From Candidatus Poseidoniaceae archaeon (GTDB lineage Archaea; Thermoplasmatota; Poseidoniia; Poseidoniales; Poseidoniaceae): a stretch of 64,000 nt of DNA. A program made the translations under genes and the position numbers. Shown here in pieces: positions 9,392 to 18,440 of the stretch. Under the pieces are notes generated by a model. The model ran no database searches, was not told where the DNA came from, and saw only the letters and a program-made list of their open reading frames with translations. Where the stretch lies: contig JAOMOG010000007.1 in assembly GCA_028353405.1 (NCBI GenBank), forward strand, positions 755 through 64,754, in the 5' to 3' direction. Within the stretch, counting starts at the first letter, position 1, and the number at the start of each line of letters is the position of its first letter.

Positions 9392-10255
9392 TCACCTTCT
9401 AGTTGTAAATTTCCTAACCAATGTCCTCAATTTATTACCGATTTCTTCAGTTAGGATATTTTCCAGTATTTTGCTATCTATAAATTCATAAGAATCGTCG
9501 ACAGACATTCGTTCTCCCTTTGCCCAAACTTGGCCTAACACGTTAGACCGATGTTCTTCTGGCACCGAAGGGTCGTCAAGAATATCTCTTGCAGCATATT
9601 TGTACTCCAAATATTTTTGACGGTTGAGTCTCTTCTCTTGCTTTTGTCGTCCACCGCCTTTCTTAGCATGTGGGCGTCGTTTTTTACGACGGTCATTTGT
9701 CGCTTTAACTTGAGTCTCCTCAACGATTTTAAAAACATTTAATTGTGATACTGCAGGTTTAGAAACAGTGTCAGTGACTGCTGAAAAACTTTCAATTTCA
9801 ACCTTAGCTTCTACTAATTTCACTTCCGCAACTACCTCGGTCGCAGAAACTTCTTCGACCTTATGCTGCTCTGCATTCAATTTTGAAGCAGCAGATTTCT
9901 TACGTAACTCAGCAAGGCGATCTGCTCTTGAAGATACCTTTTCAGAGGGTTGCTGTTTTTGGTTACTGTTTGAAATTCCAGCGGCAGGAGTTGCTGGAGT
10001 ATTTTCTACGTTAGCAACAGGAGATGGTTTAGTTTCAGACATCCGACTGAGCGCTTCTTTACGCTTCTTTTCTAGATCGCTCAAGCCAACATCTTTGCCT
10101 GTTTGAGGTGTATTAGTTGGTGCTTTAGCAGCGGTTGTACGAGTGATTTGAACGCGTTGGTTGTGCTTCTGATTCCTCACTGCACCGGCATCCGGGGCAA
10201 ATGGGTTATCGGGGTCGCCCTTCTTCTTTCTACGCTCGATAGTTGTCTCCCCCAA
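9392..10255 (-). CDS. Hypothetical protein, basic and disordered N-terminus with ~80-aa helical C-terminal domain
   Basis: 287-aa ORF with TTG start, ending 4 nt before slyD; K/R-rich patches. Confidence 0.7.
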   Translation of the reverse strand: MGETTIERRKKKGDPDNPFAPDAGAVRNQKHNQRVQITRTTAAKAPTNTPQTGKDVGLSDLEKKRKEALSRMSETKPSPVANVENTPATPAAGISNSNQKQQPSEKVSSRADRLAELRKKSAASKLNAEQHKVEEVSATEVVAEVKLVEAKVEIESFSAVTDTVSKPAVSQLNVFKIVEETQVKATNDRRKKRRPHAKKGGGRQKQEKRLNRQKYLEYKYAARDILDDPSVPEEHRSNVLGQVWAKGERMSVDDSYEFIDSKILENILTEEIGNKLRTLVRKFTTRR

Positions 10256-10305
10256 GTATGCGGCGTAGCCGACCCCATAAAACGGTTAGCGTTACAACCG
10301 TGCCC

Positions 10306-11316
10306 TCACGCCCAACTAATTGGGGTTTGGTCAGTTCGTAAATACTGGTCTATAGCACTTTCAGCGTATGTCGTAATTCTGCCATTTTGTAATTCCAAAA
10401 ATCCTAATTTTGCAATCATTGTTCCGTTGTCAATACAGTACATTCGCGGAGGTGCGAATGAAATTGATTCACGTTCTTCGGCCATTAATTCACACATTTT
10501 ACGTAATCGCATGTTGCATGCAACCCCGCCCCCGAGTAACAGTTCCGATTTCCCTGTATGAGCCATTGCACGTTCCGCAACTTCTACACATGCAGAGAAT
10601 GCATGCTCCTGTAGCGACCAACATACTGCGCCGAGAGATTTACCTGAATCAAGTAATCTCTGAGCTGCTGTCATGACTCCAGAGAAGGCCAAATCCATCC
10701 CTCTAACGGCATATGGCAATTCTAAACCATCCATGGATGGGTTTGGGTTTTCAGCAAGCCATTGAGCGGCTAATTTCTCAATCACTGGCCCACCCGGGAA
10801 TGGTATTCCCTGGGTGCGTGCGAATTTGTCAAGCATATTGCCAATACCAATATCGAGTGTTTCACCTAATACGCGATATCGCCCCTCTAGTCTTGCAATA
10901 ACTTGGGTATTTCCTCCTGAAACATATAATAATACTGGGTCAACACAACCGCATTGATCTCTGCCGATTTCAATATGCGCAACACAATGGTTAACTCCAA
11001 TTAATGGGATTCCAAGTCTGCTAGAAATGCCTCTCGCAATAGCAGCGCCTACTCTTAAGCAGGGTCCTAAACCAGGGCCCTGTGAATATGCTACTGCACC
11101 TATATCAGTGATACTTAGTTCATTCTGTAAAAGTAATTTTCCAAGTAGGACCGAAGCAACTTCCTTGTGATGATCTGCTGCTTCACGTGGGTGAATTCCC
11201 CCCTCGTCTGGGCTAACTGTATCGGAGCAAGATGGAAAGGGAGTGCCACTAGGATCAGTCAATCCAAATGATAGTGTGTGAGCCGTTGACTCAATCCCAA
11301 GGGTCCATTTATCCAT
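10306..11316 (-). CDS. kae1: tRNA t6A threonylcarbamoyltransferase Kae1 (KEOPS)
   Basis: LGIESTAHT, GGIHPREAADHH, GPGLGPCL, VNHCVAHIEIG, YVSGGNTQ, ETLDIGIGN, IDNG. Start set at 11316. Confidence 0.95.
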   Translation of the reverse strand: MDKWTLGIESTAHTLSFGLTDPSGTPFPSCSDTVSPDEGGIHPREAADHHKEVASVLLGKLLLQNELSITDIGAVAYSQGPGLGPCLRVGAAIARGISSRLGIPLIGVNHCVAHIEIGRDQCGCVDPVLLYVSGGNTQVIARLEGRYRVLGETLDIGIGNMLDKFARTQGIPFPGGPVIEKLAAQWLAENPNPSMDGLELPYAVRGMDLAFSGVMTAAQRLLDSGKSLGAVCWSLQEHAFSACVEVAERAMAHTGKSELLLGGGVACNMRLRKMCELMAEERESISFAPPRMYCIDNGTMIAKLGFLELQNGRITTYAESAIDQYLRTDQTPISWA

Positions 11317-11374
11317 CGCGCTCAGACAGTGCTCATGGCTATGGTTCTTCAACCCTCACGCATAAGCCCCACCA

Positions 11375-12655
11375 ATGCGAACCATATTGTTGGACCTTGG
11401 GCCGATGGCCCACCTCTCTGGAAATGGTTCTTTGAAGGGTGCAGATATTTCTGATTCTGAGTTATTGACAAGTCCTGCTGGAAAGGGAATTGTTATAGAA
11501 GACGGCATAATTGTAAAAATTGATGATTCAAAATCTCTAGAAGATGAGTATGGTAGTGAAAATATCCACCACTCTAAATCAGATAACTTGGAAAATAAAA
11601 TTTATTCATTGAAAGGGAAGGCAATAATTCCAGGTCTAGTAGATGCGCATACTCATTTGTTGTGGTCAGGAGATCGCTCTAGAGAAGTGTCGTGGCGTCA
11701 GCAGGGGCATTCTTATTCCGATATCGCTTCAATGGGTGGAGGTATAGTTTCCACAGTTGAAGCAACACGTAATTCAACACAAGCGGAATTGGTAGAATTG
11801 GGTTATAAGCGCTTGAGGGGGGCTTTTAGAAATGGTTCAACTCACCTAGAAGTAAAAAGTGGATATGGATTATCTACTGAATCTGAATTAAAGTTAATCG
11901 CCGCAGCGAATGAACTCTCTAGAATGAATCACCTCCCGAGTATTGACCAAACTTGGTTAGGTGCGCATGCTACTCCGAAGGGTTACTCGAGGAGTGATTA
12001 CGTAGAAGAAATATTGAGTGAACAATTACCTGCTGTATTAGAACAAGGACTTGCCCGTTCTGCTGATGTATTTTGTGAGCCAGGGTGGTTTACAATTGAA
12101 GAGAGCGAAGACATTCTAAAACAATCTAAACAAGGAGGTCTCGATTTGAGAATGCATATTGACGAGTTTACCGATGGCGGCGGTGGTGACTTAGCTGCTG
12201 AATTAGCAGTAACCAGTGCAGATCATTCCCATTACACTTCCACGGATGCTAGGATAAAAATGGAAGCGAACGGTGTCAATTGCGGATTTTTGCCAGGGAC
12301 ACCATACTCAATGGGAGAGCAATGGCCTGATTTTAACGAAATCACTGAACAACAATTTACTTGGTCTGTTGCTACAGATTTTAATCCCAATTGTCAAACA
12401 TTGAGTTTACCCTTTATCGCATCCATACTCGTACAACGTTGTGCAGTTTCACCTTTAGCAGCGCTAGTGGCTTGCTCACGTAATCCTGCTCAAACAACAC
12501 CACACCCATCGGGTGCGCGACACGGAGTTATTGAAGTGGGTGCAGTTGCAAACTTGAATGTCGTAGATGGGCCATGGTGGCAGGCTTGGTGCCAACAACC
12601 TGGAGATTCACCATTCCATGCTACTATGATTGAAGGTGATTTGATTTTCCATTAA
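11375..12655 (+). CDS. hutI: Imidazolonepropionase
   Basis: PGLVDAHTH, GGGIVSTV, EVKSGYGL, LGAHA, DVFCE, ATDFNP. Confidence 0.92.
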   Translation: MRTILLDLGPMAHLSGNGSLKGADISDSELLTSPAGKGIVIEDGIIVKIDDSKSLEDEYGSENIHHSKSDNLENKIYSLKGKAIIPGLVDAHTHLLWSGDRSREVSWRQQGHSYSDIASMGGGIVSTVEATRNSTQAELVELGYKRLRGAFRNGSTHLEVKSGYGLSTESELKLIAAANELSRMNHLPSIDQTWLGAHATPKGYSRSDYVEEILSEQLPAVLEQGLARSADVFCEPGWFTIEESEDILKQSKQGGLDLRMHIDEFTDGGGGDLAAELAVTSADHSHYTSTDARIKMEANGVNCGFLPGTPYSMGEQWPDFNEITEQQFTWSVATDFNPNCQTLSLPFIASILVQRCAVSPLAALVACSRNPAQTTPHPSGARHGVIEVGAVANLNVVDGPWWQAWCQQPGDSPFHATMIEGDLIFH

Positions 12656-12738
12656 TTCAACACTATTGAATTATGAATAAATATATTTCAAAAAACAAAT
12701 AATATTAAATTAGTATAATAAATAATAAGGTGTAAATC

Positions 12739-13074
12739 ATGGTTGAAGCGATAATGGAAACTGTAGTTTGTTCACCAGCTCAGGGCAAAGACGCAAGATT
12801 TCTACGAATGCTCAATACGCGTCAAGAATTCAAAAGACAACAATCTGGTTGTCTTGCAGCATGGTATGCTAAATCTAGTGATGGTGAACCTTTGCTTCTT
12901 GTCCAGAGTGTTTTCGCCTCTAGGCAAGATTGGATCAATATTTCAAATGCAATTATTGAAACTCTTGATTCGCGAGATGGTGGATTAGATTCTTGCTTAC
13001 TCGGCCCTCCACTAGTAGGTGTATTTACAATCGAAACTGAAGATTTACAACTTAATCTTGAACAATCGCAATAA
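12739..13074 (+). CDS. Small ABM/dimeric alpha-beta barrel-like protein
   Basis: 111 aa with a strand-PAQGK..F..helix..QQSGCL pattern typical of the antibiotic-biosynthesis-monooxygenase fold; AAGGTG upstream. Confidence 0.55.
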   Translation: MVEAIMETVVCSPAQGKDARFLRMLNTRQEFKRQQSGCLAAWYAKSSDGEPLLLVQSVFASRQDWINISNAIIETLDSRDGGLDSCLLGPPLVGVFTIETEDLQLNLEQSQ

Positions 13075-13097
13075 TCACTCTCAAACCGTGTAGTATA

Positions 13098-13125
13098 ATG
13101 TCGTATAAGGTAAGTTATACGACAT
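13098..13125. other. dif-like tyrosine recombinase (XerA) site
   Basis: ATGTCGTATAA-GGTAAG-TTATACGACAT: perfect 11-bp inverted arms (extendable to 13 bp, 13096-13127) around a 6-bp asymmetric spacer, with the ATAA-N6-TTAT core of dif sites; intergenic. Confidence 0.7.
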
Positions 13126-13348
13126 TAGATTTATCTGGCAGCATGGAATAACTATCCTGGGAGTAAAAAATGGTGCGCAGTAGTGCTTTTAGCAAATAAT
13201 TGATGAGATGAATATTCAAAGAATTGCAAATATGCCCCTCTAATCCCCCCCTCAGAGGGTGCGTTATTAGAGAAATTCTGAAATTCTCAAAAAGGATGTC
13301 GAATAGTAGGGTTCAAGTCAATGATATGTCTGGAACATACTGAGTGAG

Positions 13349-13501
13349 ATGGCAGTAGTTGAAGGATTTTGTTTGAAGTGTAAAACATATGGACCGATTA
13401 AAGATGGCCAATTATTCAAAATGTCTAATGGACGAACTAGAATGGGGGGTCTTTGCTCCCAACCTGGTTGTACTGGTAAGATTTCTAAGATCGTCAGCTG
13501 A
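13349..13501 (+). CDS. Small basic zinc-ribbon protein, DUF5679-like, 50 aa
   Basis: Manual translation: MAVVEGFCLKCKTYGPIKDGQLFKMSNGRTRMGGLCSQPGCTGKISKIVS (FCxKC...MxNGR...GxC...CxxK). Not in the ORF track. Confidence 0.8.
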   Translation: MAVVEGFCLKCKTYGPIKDGQLFKMSNGRTRMGGLCSQPGCTGKISKIVS

Positions 13502-13525
13502 ATCGGAAATAGCATACCGAATCCG

Positions 13526-13534
13526 TTTAATATA
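13526..13534 (+). promoter_or_regulatory. TATA box of tRNA-Val
   Basis: TTTAATATA ending 25 nt upstream of the mature tRNA 5' end. Confidence 0.6.
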
Positions 13535-13559
13535 GAGCCTAAGTGGCTCACTTTACCTA

Positions 13560-13635
13560 GGGCTCGTGGTCTAGGGGTTATGACGTCGCCTTGACATGGC
13601 GAAGATCGAGAGTTCAATTCTCTCCGAGCCCACCA
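13560..13635 (+). tRNA. tRNA-Val(GAC), intronless, CCA encoded
   Basis: Acceptor stem GGGCTCG/CGAGCCC, anticodon stem TCGCC/GGCGA with loop TTGACAT, T-arm GAGAG-TTCAATT-CTCTC, 3' ACCA. Confidence 0.96.
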
Positions 13636-13730
13636 GTATTTATTCTCATGTTTATGATTTCCTTGCTTTTAATTTCTAAAGACATTGTATTGTAATTGCT
13701 ATTCAGAAAGTGTTTATTGTTAAATCAGTA

Positions 13731-14102
13731 TTACTTAATATTTGTTAATTCCTCTGGATCGGGTAAGACTAATTCATCAGGGTCGACTCTACTCATTGGT
13801 CTTTCATCCTCTTCATCTACGGTGAAATCAGTTGAACCACCTTCCCAGTCCGTCACAGAATCTGATTCTTCAAACGACTCCACAGGAATCTGGTCTGCTC
13901 CAGGTGCTAACGAATATGAAGCTGGATCTATCGGTTGCGTTGGCGCTTCTTGCGAAGGCGGAGGTGCTTCTCTCTCTTCTAAATGGGCGCTAGAATGGAA
14001 TGTGCCACATTCAGCACATCGAACGCTACCAGACTTCTCAATACAACCACAAACAGGGCAAAATGATGTGCCGCGCAATGCATTTATTGGGTCGTCGGAC
14101 AT
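13731..14102 (-). CDS. Zinc-ribbon protein with acidic disordered C-terminus
   Basis: CPVCG...CAECGTFH followed by a D/E/P-rich tail; ATG 4 nt after the EF-hand gene stop. Confidence 0.7.
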   Translation of the reverse strand: MSDDPINALRGTSFCPVCGCIEKSGSVRCAECGTFHSSAHLEEREAPPPSQEAPTQPIDPASYSLAPGADQIPVESFEESDSVTDWEGGSTDFTVDEEDERPMSRVDPDELVLPDPEELTNIK

Positions 14103-14106
14103 GTAT

Positions 14107-15855
14107 TTACTCCAAGAACATCTCATCTTGGTATCCGGTTATTTCATCACCAGTACCGTCTTCCTTGATTGTAACAAGTTCGTCCTCGTCATCAAACTCA
14201 ATTATGGTTCCAAAGAATTCTTCCTCATCAACGGTGAGTCCAATATGAGATCCGATGTCAATATCATCCTCTTCGTCATCTGAATCATCTCCTTCTTCGT
14301 CATCTGAGTCATCTTCTTCGTCACCGGAATCATCATCTCCTTCATCTTCAGAGATTTCTTCATCGCTAACAGAATCATCCTCTACTTCTTCATTAGAGTC
14401 TGAATCCCCTTCATCTTCGTCATCCGATGCTTCCTTTGCATCTTCAGTATCAGATTCAACTTCTTTCATAGCCCTGACACGTGCTCTCCAACCTTTGGCT
14501 AATACAAGGTGTGTAAACATAGAACCACCCATTGCAATAGCTCCGATCAGAATAAAGATAATACCATCTGTATAGAATCCCTTAGGCATGGATGATGCTC
14601 CATTTTCACCAGAGAATGGTGTTAATGAATTAGCACACCCATCGGCTTGAACATCACTGTCACAAGAGTAAATTTCTCCTTCATTAATTCCTTCAAAGCC
14701 CATTCCATACTTGCTATCTAGTTCGATTGACCCTCCAGAACCGTCTACTGGTCCAAGATATCCGTTTACTACCCAAGCAAGAATAAAGATAAACAATGCT
14801 CCGTGGATTAGTGGCCACCAAACATCATTCCATTTCTTTGACATCATAGAAGATTGTATTGCTGAAGGGAATTCTTTAGGAGGCTTTTCTGAGTCTTCAT
14901 CTTCTTGAGACTCAATAGCAGAAATGAATTCGATTATGTCAATATTTCCATCTTTATCTGAATCCAAAGACTCAATGAAATCAGAAATACTTGTTTGGCT
15001 AATCTCTTCATCCTCTAGTAGTTCTCCAATGGTATTTGCAAGTTCTTCACTGCTAACATATTTGTCACCATCTTCATCTAATACATGGAAAATGTCTGCT
15101 GGATTAGCCTCTTTCTCATCCATGACATTAATCAACATTTCAAGGATATCAGCGGGATTATGTTGCTTTGGAGCAGATTCGCCATCTGCTTCGGAATCAT
15201 CTTCTTCAGTTTCTTCTTCAGAATCGTCTTCTTCTTCAGAATCGTCTTCTTCTTCTGAATCATCATCTTCTTCAGTTTCTTCTTCTTCTTCTGAATCATC
15301 ATCTTCTTCAGTTTCTACTTCAGAATCATCATCTTCTTCGGTTTCTACTTCAGTTTCTACTTCGGAATCATCTTCTTTTTCGTCAGCAGAAGATACGTAT
15401 TCTGCGCCAGTAACGGATGTTTCTAATTCCGCTAAGTCTATTTTTCCATCACCGTCAACATCTATTTGCTCAATCAATCTTTCAATTTGTGATGGAGGGA
15501 GATCTGCTAGATTTAGGCTCAAAAGACCCTGTCGTAATTCATCAGAGTCGATCATTCCGTCTCCGTTAGTATCGAATTTCTCAAATAATGAGGATATGCT
15601 TAAGCCAGTGTTAGCTAGCCATTTTCGTAATACATCCATCACATCATCAGCAACAAAAATAACACCGCATTTTACACAACTAGATGATTCTAGAGGTACT
15701 AGAGTTCCACAAGCGCCACATTCACCTAGAGCATCTTCGGAAAGTCCCGAAAACTTGATTTTACATTCTGAACATTCGCTAGAATCACTTGGAATTACCG
15801 CACGGCAATTCCCACATTCTGCCATTGAGATTTCATCATTCTCTGTCTCGGTCAT
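14107..15855 (-). CDS. Membrane protein with tandem zinc ribbons, four EF-hands, acidic repeats and two TM helices
   Basis: Four CxxC pairs at the N-terminus. EF loops DTNGDGMIDSDE, DVDGDGKIDLAE, DEDGDKYVSSEE and DSDKDGNIDIIE. Hydrophobic segments WWPLIHGALFIFILAWVV and IIFILIGAIAMGGSMF. ATG 15855 has AGGTG upstream; alternative TTG at 15876. Confidence 0.85.
   Translation of the reverse strand: MTETENDEISMAECGNCRAVIPSDSSECSECKIKFSGLSEDALGECGACGTLVPLESSSCVKCGVIFVADDVMDVLRKWLANTGLSISSLFEKFDTNGDGMIDSDELRQGLLSLNLADLPPSQIERLIEQIDVDGDGKIDLAELETSVTGAEYVSSADEKEDDSEVETEVETEEDDDSEVETEEDDDSEEEEETEEDDDSEEEDDSEEEDDSEEETEEDDSEADGESAPKQHNPADILEMLINVMDEKEANPADIFHVLDEDGDKYVSSEELANTIGELLEDEEISQTSISDFIESLDSDKDGNIDIIEFISAIESQEDEDSEKPPKEFPSAIQSSMMSKKWNDVWWPLIHGALFIFILAWVVNGYLGPVDGSGGSIELDSKYGMGFEGINEGEIYSCDSDVQADGCANSLTPFSGENGASSMPKGFYTDGIIFILIGAIAMGGSMFTHLVLAKGWRARVRAMKEVESDTEDAKEASDDEDEGDSDSNEEVEDDSVSDEEISEDEGDDDSGDEEDDSDDEEGDDSDDEEDDIDIGSHIGLTVDEEEFFGTIIEFDDEDELVTIKEDGTGDEITGYQDEMFLE
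15190..15380 (-). repeat. Degenerate tandem repeats encoding an EEEDDS/ETEEDDDS acidic linker
   Basis: Repeated gaatc(a/g)tcttcttc and cagtttctactt units between the two EF-hand pairs. Confidence 0.8.
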
Positions 15856-15968
15856 TGTCACACCTATATATGCCAAACAAACAATAGATATAATGCTTGA
15901 TGGAGTTTACTGTGACACATAGTAAATAGAGCGGTTACTTCATAGTATCATTTAAGGGAGGCTGGCTG

Positions 15969-16874
15969 ATGGAACAAGGACGACTATATACTGCAGAATT
16001 ATCCGACAATACTGCCTTATATCCTTGGCTCGACAAACAATTAGAAGTCTCACAGCAACAAGTATTGTTGTTTAGCCGCCAACCCCACAAACGTTTGTTA
16101 GAATACATTGATTTGGCCAAGGTTGAATCATATTGGCTATCTGACCGTACCACTGCTGGCGCAATTGCACCTAGTCTGGAAAAAATAGCTCACATTATCA
16201 CTTCTAAATTACCTAATGACCATGGATTGATAGTCATAGAAGGTCTTGAGTGGCTAGTGTCTTTACACGGCGAGGATGCTGTGCTGGCATTTGTTCGGCA
16301 AATTAGAGATGAATCGTATAAAAGTTCTTGGAAGATCATATTTCCGATAAATTGCTTAGTGTTTGATTCGGTTTGGTTAGCGCGATTGAGGAGGGAGGCA
16401 CCAGAATCAGATATTTTCTCACAAATGCAAGATGAAATTATTGAGTTCTATGAAGAGAAATCTGATACAAAAACCGATTCCAGTGAAGCAATAAAGATTC
16501 ATAATTTTCAGCAAATGCCTGGTGAAGATATTGAATTAGATACTAGAGAAGATGGATCTCCGAGGCTGGTAATGTTGACCCGATTACCTCGTAATGGATT
16601 TAGTAATTCAATCCTCACTCGCCGTATTTTACAGTGGAGAAGAATGGGTCTAGATGTTTCTGAAGTTGAACCCGCACTTACGATTATGGATGAAAACAAG
16701 GCTCACCAATTATATTCATCTGTTGAGGAGAAGGTTAGAAGGGCTGTTCAATTAGAAAACCACTTAGAAGCAATTTCCGATAATATCTCAGCCACTGAAT
16801 TAACTACTGCTAGATTCAGAATTAGGCAACTGACTGGCCTAGATGAACTTGAAAAATGGTTACTTACCTTGTGA
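15969..16874 (+). CDS. DUF835-like (inactive RecA/KaiC-fold) domain protein with helical C-terminal domain
   Basis: LLFSRQP, YWLS, IAPSLEKI, IVIEGLEWL, FVRQIRD pattern. The C-terminal WRRMGLDVSEVE helical motif follows. Confidence 0.7.
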   Translation: MEQGRLYTAELSDNTALYPWLDKQLEVSQQQVLLFSRQPHKRLLEYIDLAKVESYWLSDRTTAGAIAPSLEKIAHIITSKLPNDHGLIVIEGLEWLVSLHGEDAVLAFVRQIRDESYKSSWKIIFPINCLVFDSVWLARLRREAPESDIFSQMQDEIIEFYEEKSDTKTDSSEAIKIHNFQQMPGEDIELDTREDGSPRLVMLTRLPRNGFSNSILTRRILQWRRMGLDVSEVEPALTIMDENKAHQLYSSVEEKVRRAVQLENHLEAISDNISATELTTARFRIRQLTGLDELEKWLLTL

Positions 16875-18428
16875 TTAACGAGGTAGCCTGCCACATTCTG
16901 CTTCAATTCTAGCAAGCCAACCACCTTGCCACAACTGGTTAGCAATTTGTTTCAACTCTTTGCTTGTACTTCTGTCTCCATCAAGTGGTGGTGAAATAAC
17001 TCTAACTCTTTGCTTCAATGAGCGAACATGATCTGCAGGTTGTAGTTGTTCAAATTCTAATGCTTCACACGCGACAAACAATTCACATGCCAAAACCTCT
17101 GATAATCGCTCAGTAGCAAGCAGAAGATTCCAACAAGCAGTAGCACCCATGCTAACATGATCTTCTTGCCCTGCTGAGGTACTAGTAGAGAATGCTGAAC
17201 GTGGCATTGCATGACCATGTAACTCGGCCAAAGATGCACCTGCAACATATTGGACAATCATCAATCCCGATTCAAGACCAGAATTCTTTGCTAAGAACGC
17301 TGGCAGGTTACTCCTTGCTGGGTCGAGGATTTGGTCAATTCTTCGTTCACTAATAGATGCTAATTCAAAAAGTGCATGGGCCATGGAATCAGCACATAAT
17401 GCCAAAACTTCTCCATGAAAATTACCCTGTGAAATAACTTCGTGTGGCCCGGGGTTGGAAGGATCTGGAAATACCAATGGATTGTCTGTCGCACTATTCA
17501 ATTCTATATCCAATGTTTCTTGCAGTTGCATAAACCTCTGTAAAACAGCACCATGGACTTGCGGAGCGCATCTAAATGAATAAGCATCTTGAACTTGTTC
17601 ACAATGAATATGAGATTGAAGAATTGGAGAATCTTTCATTATTCTTCGTATCCGTGATGCTGTTGTCAATTGGCCGATGTGAGGGCGAGCCAGGTGGACT
17701 CTTTCATCAGCCGGCATCACACTTCCTTTCCTAGCTTCTAATGAACAACACATGATTATATCAGCGAGGGGTAATAATTGGCTAAGCCTTTGTTCAGCAG
17801 CAACTAAAAGAGATAACATTTGACTAGTTCCATTGATTAGAGATAATCCATCCTTAGCTCTCAATTGAATACCGATTAAGCCATTGGCGAGTAAGGCATC
17901 TCTAGTAGGGCCAACGCCTGTTTCTGTCAATACCTCGCCCTCTCCGATTAGTGAAAGAGCCATGTGTGATAATGGTGCTAAATCTCCACTAGCACCCAAA
18001 CTACCTATGCGTGGTATCGCTGGACAAATATCGTTATTGATGAAAGCAATTAGTTGATTAATAACATCGGGGTGTACTCCTGAACATCCCTTTGCAAGAG
18101 AATTAGCTCTTGTAACCATCATTGCCCTAACCAATTCCTTTGGCATGAACTCTCCCAATCCAGTGGCGTGTGAACGGATAAGATTTCTTTGTAAGTCTGC
18201 TAAATCTTCAACAGATATTCTTTCCTTGACCAATGCACCGAATCCTGTATTGATTCCGTAAACAGTTTCACCTCTCTCCAGTATTCCATCAATCACAGAT
18301 CGTGCTGCATTAATTTTGACCCATGAATCTTGAGGAATGGCAACAGATGCCTTTCCTTCAGCCACCATTTGCACTTCAGAAGAAGACAGAGTTTCTCCGT
18401 CGAGATAGATTGTATTGTCTTCTCCCAT
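16875..18428 (-). CDS. hutH: Histidine ammonia-lyase
   Basis: YGINTGFG, GSLGASGDLAPL (MIO-forming ASG), QDAYSFRCAPQVHG, GNFHG, QEDHVSMG. Confidence 0.95.
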   Translation of the reverse strand: MGEDNTIYLDGETLSSSEVQMVAEGKASVAIPQDSWVKINAARSVIDGILERGETVYGINTGFGALVKERISVEDLADLQRNLIRSHATGLGEFMPKELVRAMMVTRANSLAKGCSGVHPDVINQLIAFINNDICPAIPRIGSLGASGDLAPLSHMALSLIGEGEVLTETGVGPTRDALLANGLIGIQLRAKDGLSLINGTSQMLSLLVAAEQRLSQLLPLADIIMCCSLEARKGSVMPADERVHLARPHIGQLTTASRIRRIMKDSPILQSHIHCEQVQDAYSFRCAPQVHGAVLQRFMQLQETLDIELNSATDNPLVFPDPSNPGPHEVISQGNFHGEVLALCADSMAHALFELASISERRIDQILDPARSNLPAFLAKNSGLESGLMIVQYVAGASLAELHGHAMPRSAFSTSTSAGQEDHVSMGATACWNLLLATERLSEVLACELFVACEALEFEQLQPADHVRSLKQRVRVISPPLDGDRSTSKELKQIANQLWQGGWLARIEAECGRLPR

Positions 18429-18440
18429 ATTACCACCACA

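Noticed and set aside
13318..13617. 99-aa minus-strand ORF from the track
   Set aside because: Overlaps tRNA-Val and is antisense to the better-supported 50-aa zinc-ribbon gene
13560..13730. tRNA-Val as attachment site of an integrated element
   Set aside because: No integrase, and no duplicated tRNA 3' end noticed in the window
14255..15922. Long Ser-rich plus-strand ORFs (14255-14575, 14924-15922)
   Set aside because: Antisense shadows of the Asp/Glu-rich EF-hand gene
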